Below are positions 55,884 through 56,238 of a DNA stretch of 56,238 nt, one piece after another. The position numbers and the translations under genes are program-made. The stretch spans positions 1-56,238 of the forward strand of contig DAOVDU010000003.1 in NCBI GenBank assembly GCA_030669305.1, read 5' to 3'. The notes under the pieces were generated by a model. The model searched no databases and was not told the DNA's origin. It saw nothing but the letters and a program-made list of their open reading frames with translations. Source of the stretch: Candidatus Aminicenantes bacterium. GTDB taxonomy: Bacteria > Acidobacteriota > Aminicenantia > Aminicenantales > Aminicenantaceae. Each line of letters starts with the position of its first letter. Positions within the stretch are counted from its first letter, which is position 1.

Positions 55884-55953
55884 GTTCATTCGGTTTATCT
55901 CGTTTATCTCGTTTATCTGGTTTATTCGGTTTATATGGTTCATCTGGTTTATA
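55884..55953. repeat. 9-mer tandem array (GTTTATCTG consensus, about 8 units) in the tuf-rpsJ spacer
   Basis: GTTCATTCG GTTTATCTC GTTTATCTC GTTTATCTG GTTTATTCG GTTTATATG GTTCATCTG GTTTATA. Confidence 0.92.
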
Positions 55954-55967
55954 TAATTCTTAACTCT

Positions 55968-56238
55968 TCACTCCAAAACGTCTGTAACACTCCCTGCTCC
56001 TACAGTCCGTCCACCCTCTCTAATTGCAAACCGCAATCCTTTCTCCATCGCCACATCAGTAATCAACCCTACTTCTAAATTCACATTGTCACCAGGCATC
56101 ACCATCTCTACCCCACCTACTAACTTAACCGAACCTGTAACATCTGTCGTCCGAAAATAAAACTGCGGCCTATACCCAGTGAAAAACGGCGTGTGACGCC
56201 CTCCTTCCTCCTTCTTCAACGCATATATCTCCGCATTA
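55968..56238 (-). CDS. tuf: Elongation factor Tu, 3' end (runs off window)
   Basis: [25 protein letters not shown]...EMVMPGDN...[13 protein letters not shown]. Confidence 0.98.
   Translation of the reverse strand, partial: NAEIYALKKEEGGRHTPFFTGYRPQFYFRTTDVTGSVKLVGGVEMVMPGDNVNLEVGLITDVAMEKGLRFAIREGGRTVGAGSVTDVLE

Overview
Low-GC bacterial chromosomal window, probably from an anaerobic Acidobacteriota/Aminicenantia-type organism (inferred from protein style only). It holds housekeeping genes (rpoZ, polyprenyl synthase, tatD, fabH, efp, RNase Z-like, RNase HIII, AlaX, RluB-like, MltD) and the complete S10-spc-alpha ribosomal protein cluster plus the 3' end of tuf on the minus strand (40.7-56.2 kb). 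Four things stand out. (1) A redox operon: divergent NADP-type alanine-dehydrogenase-like gene, BfuC/B/A (NuoE/F/G-like) core with an Fdh-like domain lacking its Mo ligand, then NfnAB. (2) A serine-palmitoyltransferase-like gene divergent from an extended SDR, a candidate sphingolipid locus. (3) A circularly permuted SpoIVB/S55 protease paired with a large beta-propeller protein. (4) Most longer intergenic spaces are mosaics of 7-, 8- and 9-mer tandem arrays and longer conserved modules, often inverted; one encloses an internally deleted four-helix-bundle (23S-IVS family) gene, which suggests the arrays are scars of a mobile cassette. No rRNA, tRNA, CRISPR array or intact transposase/integrase was seen.
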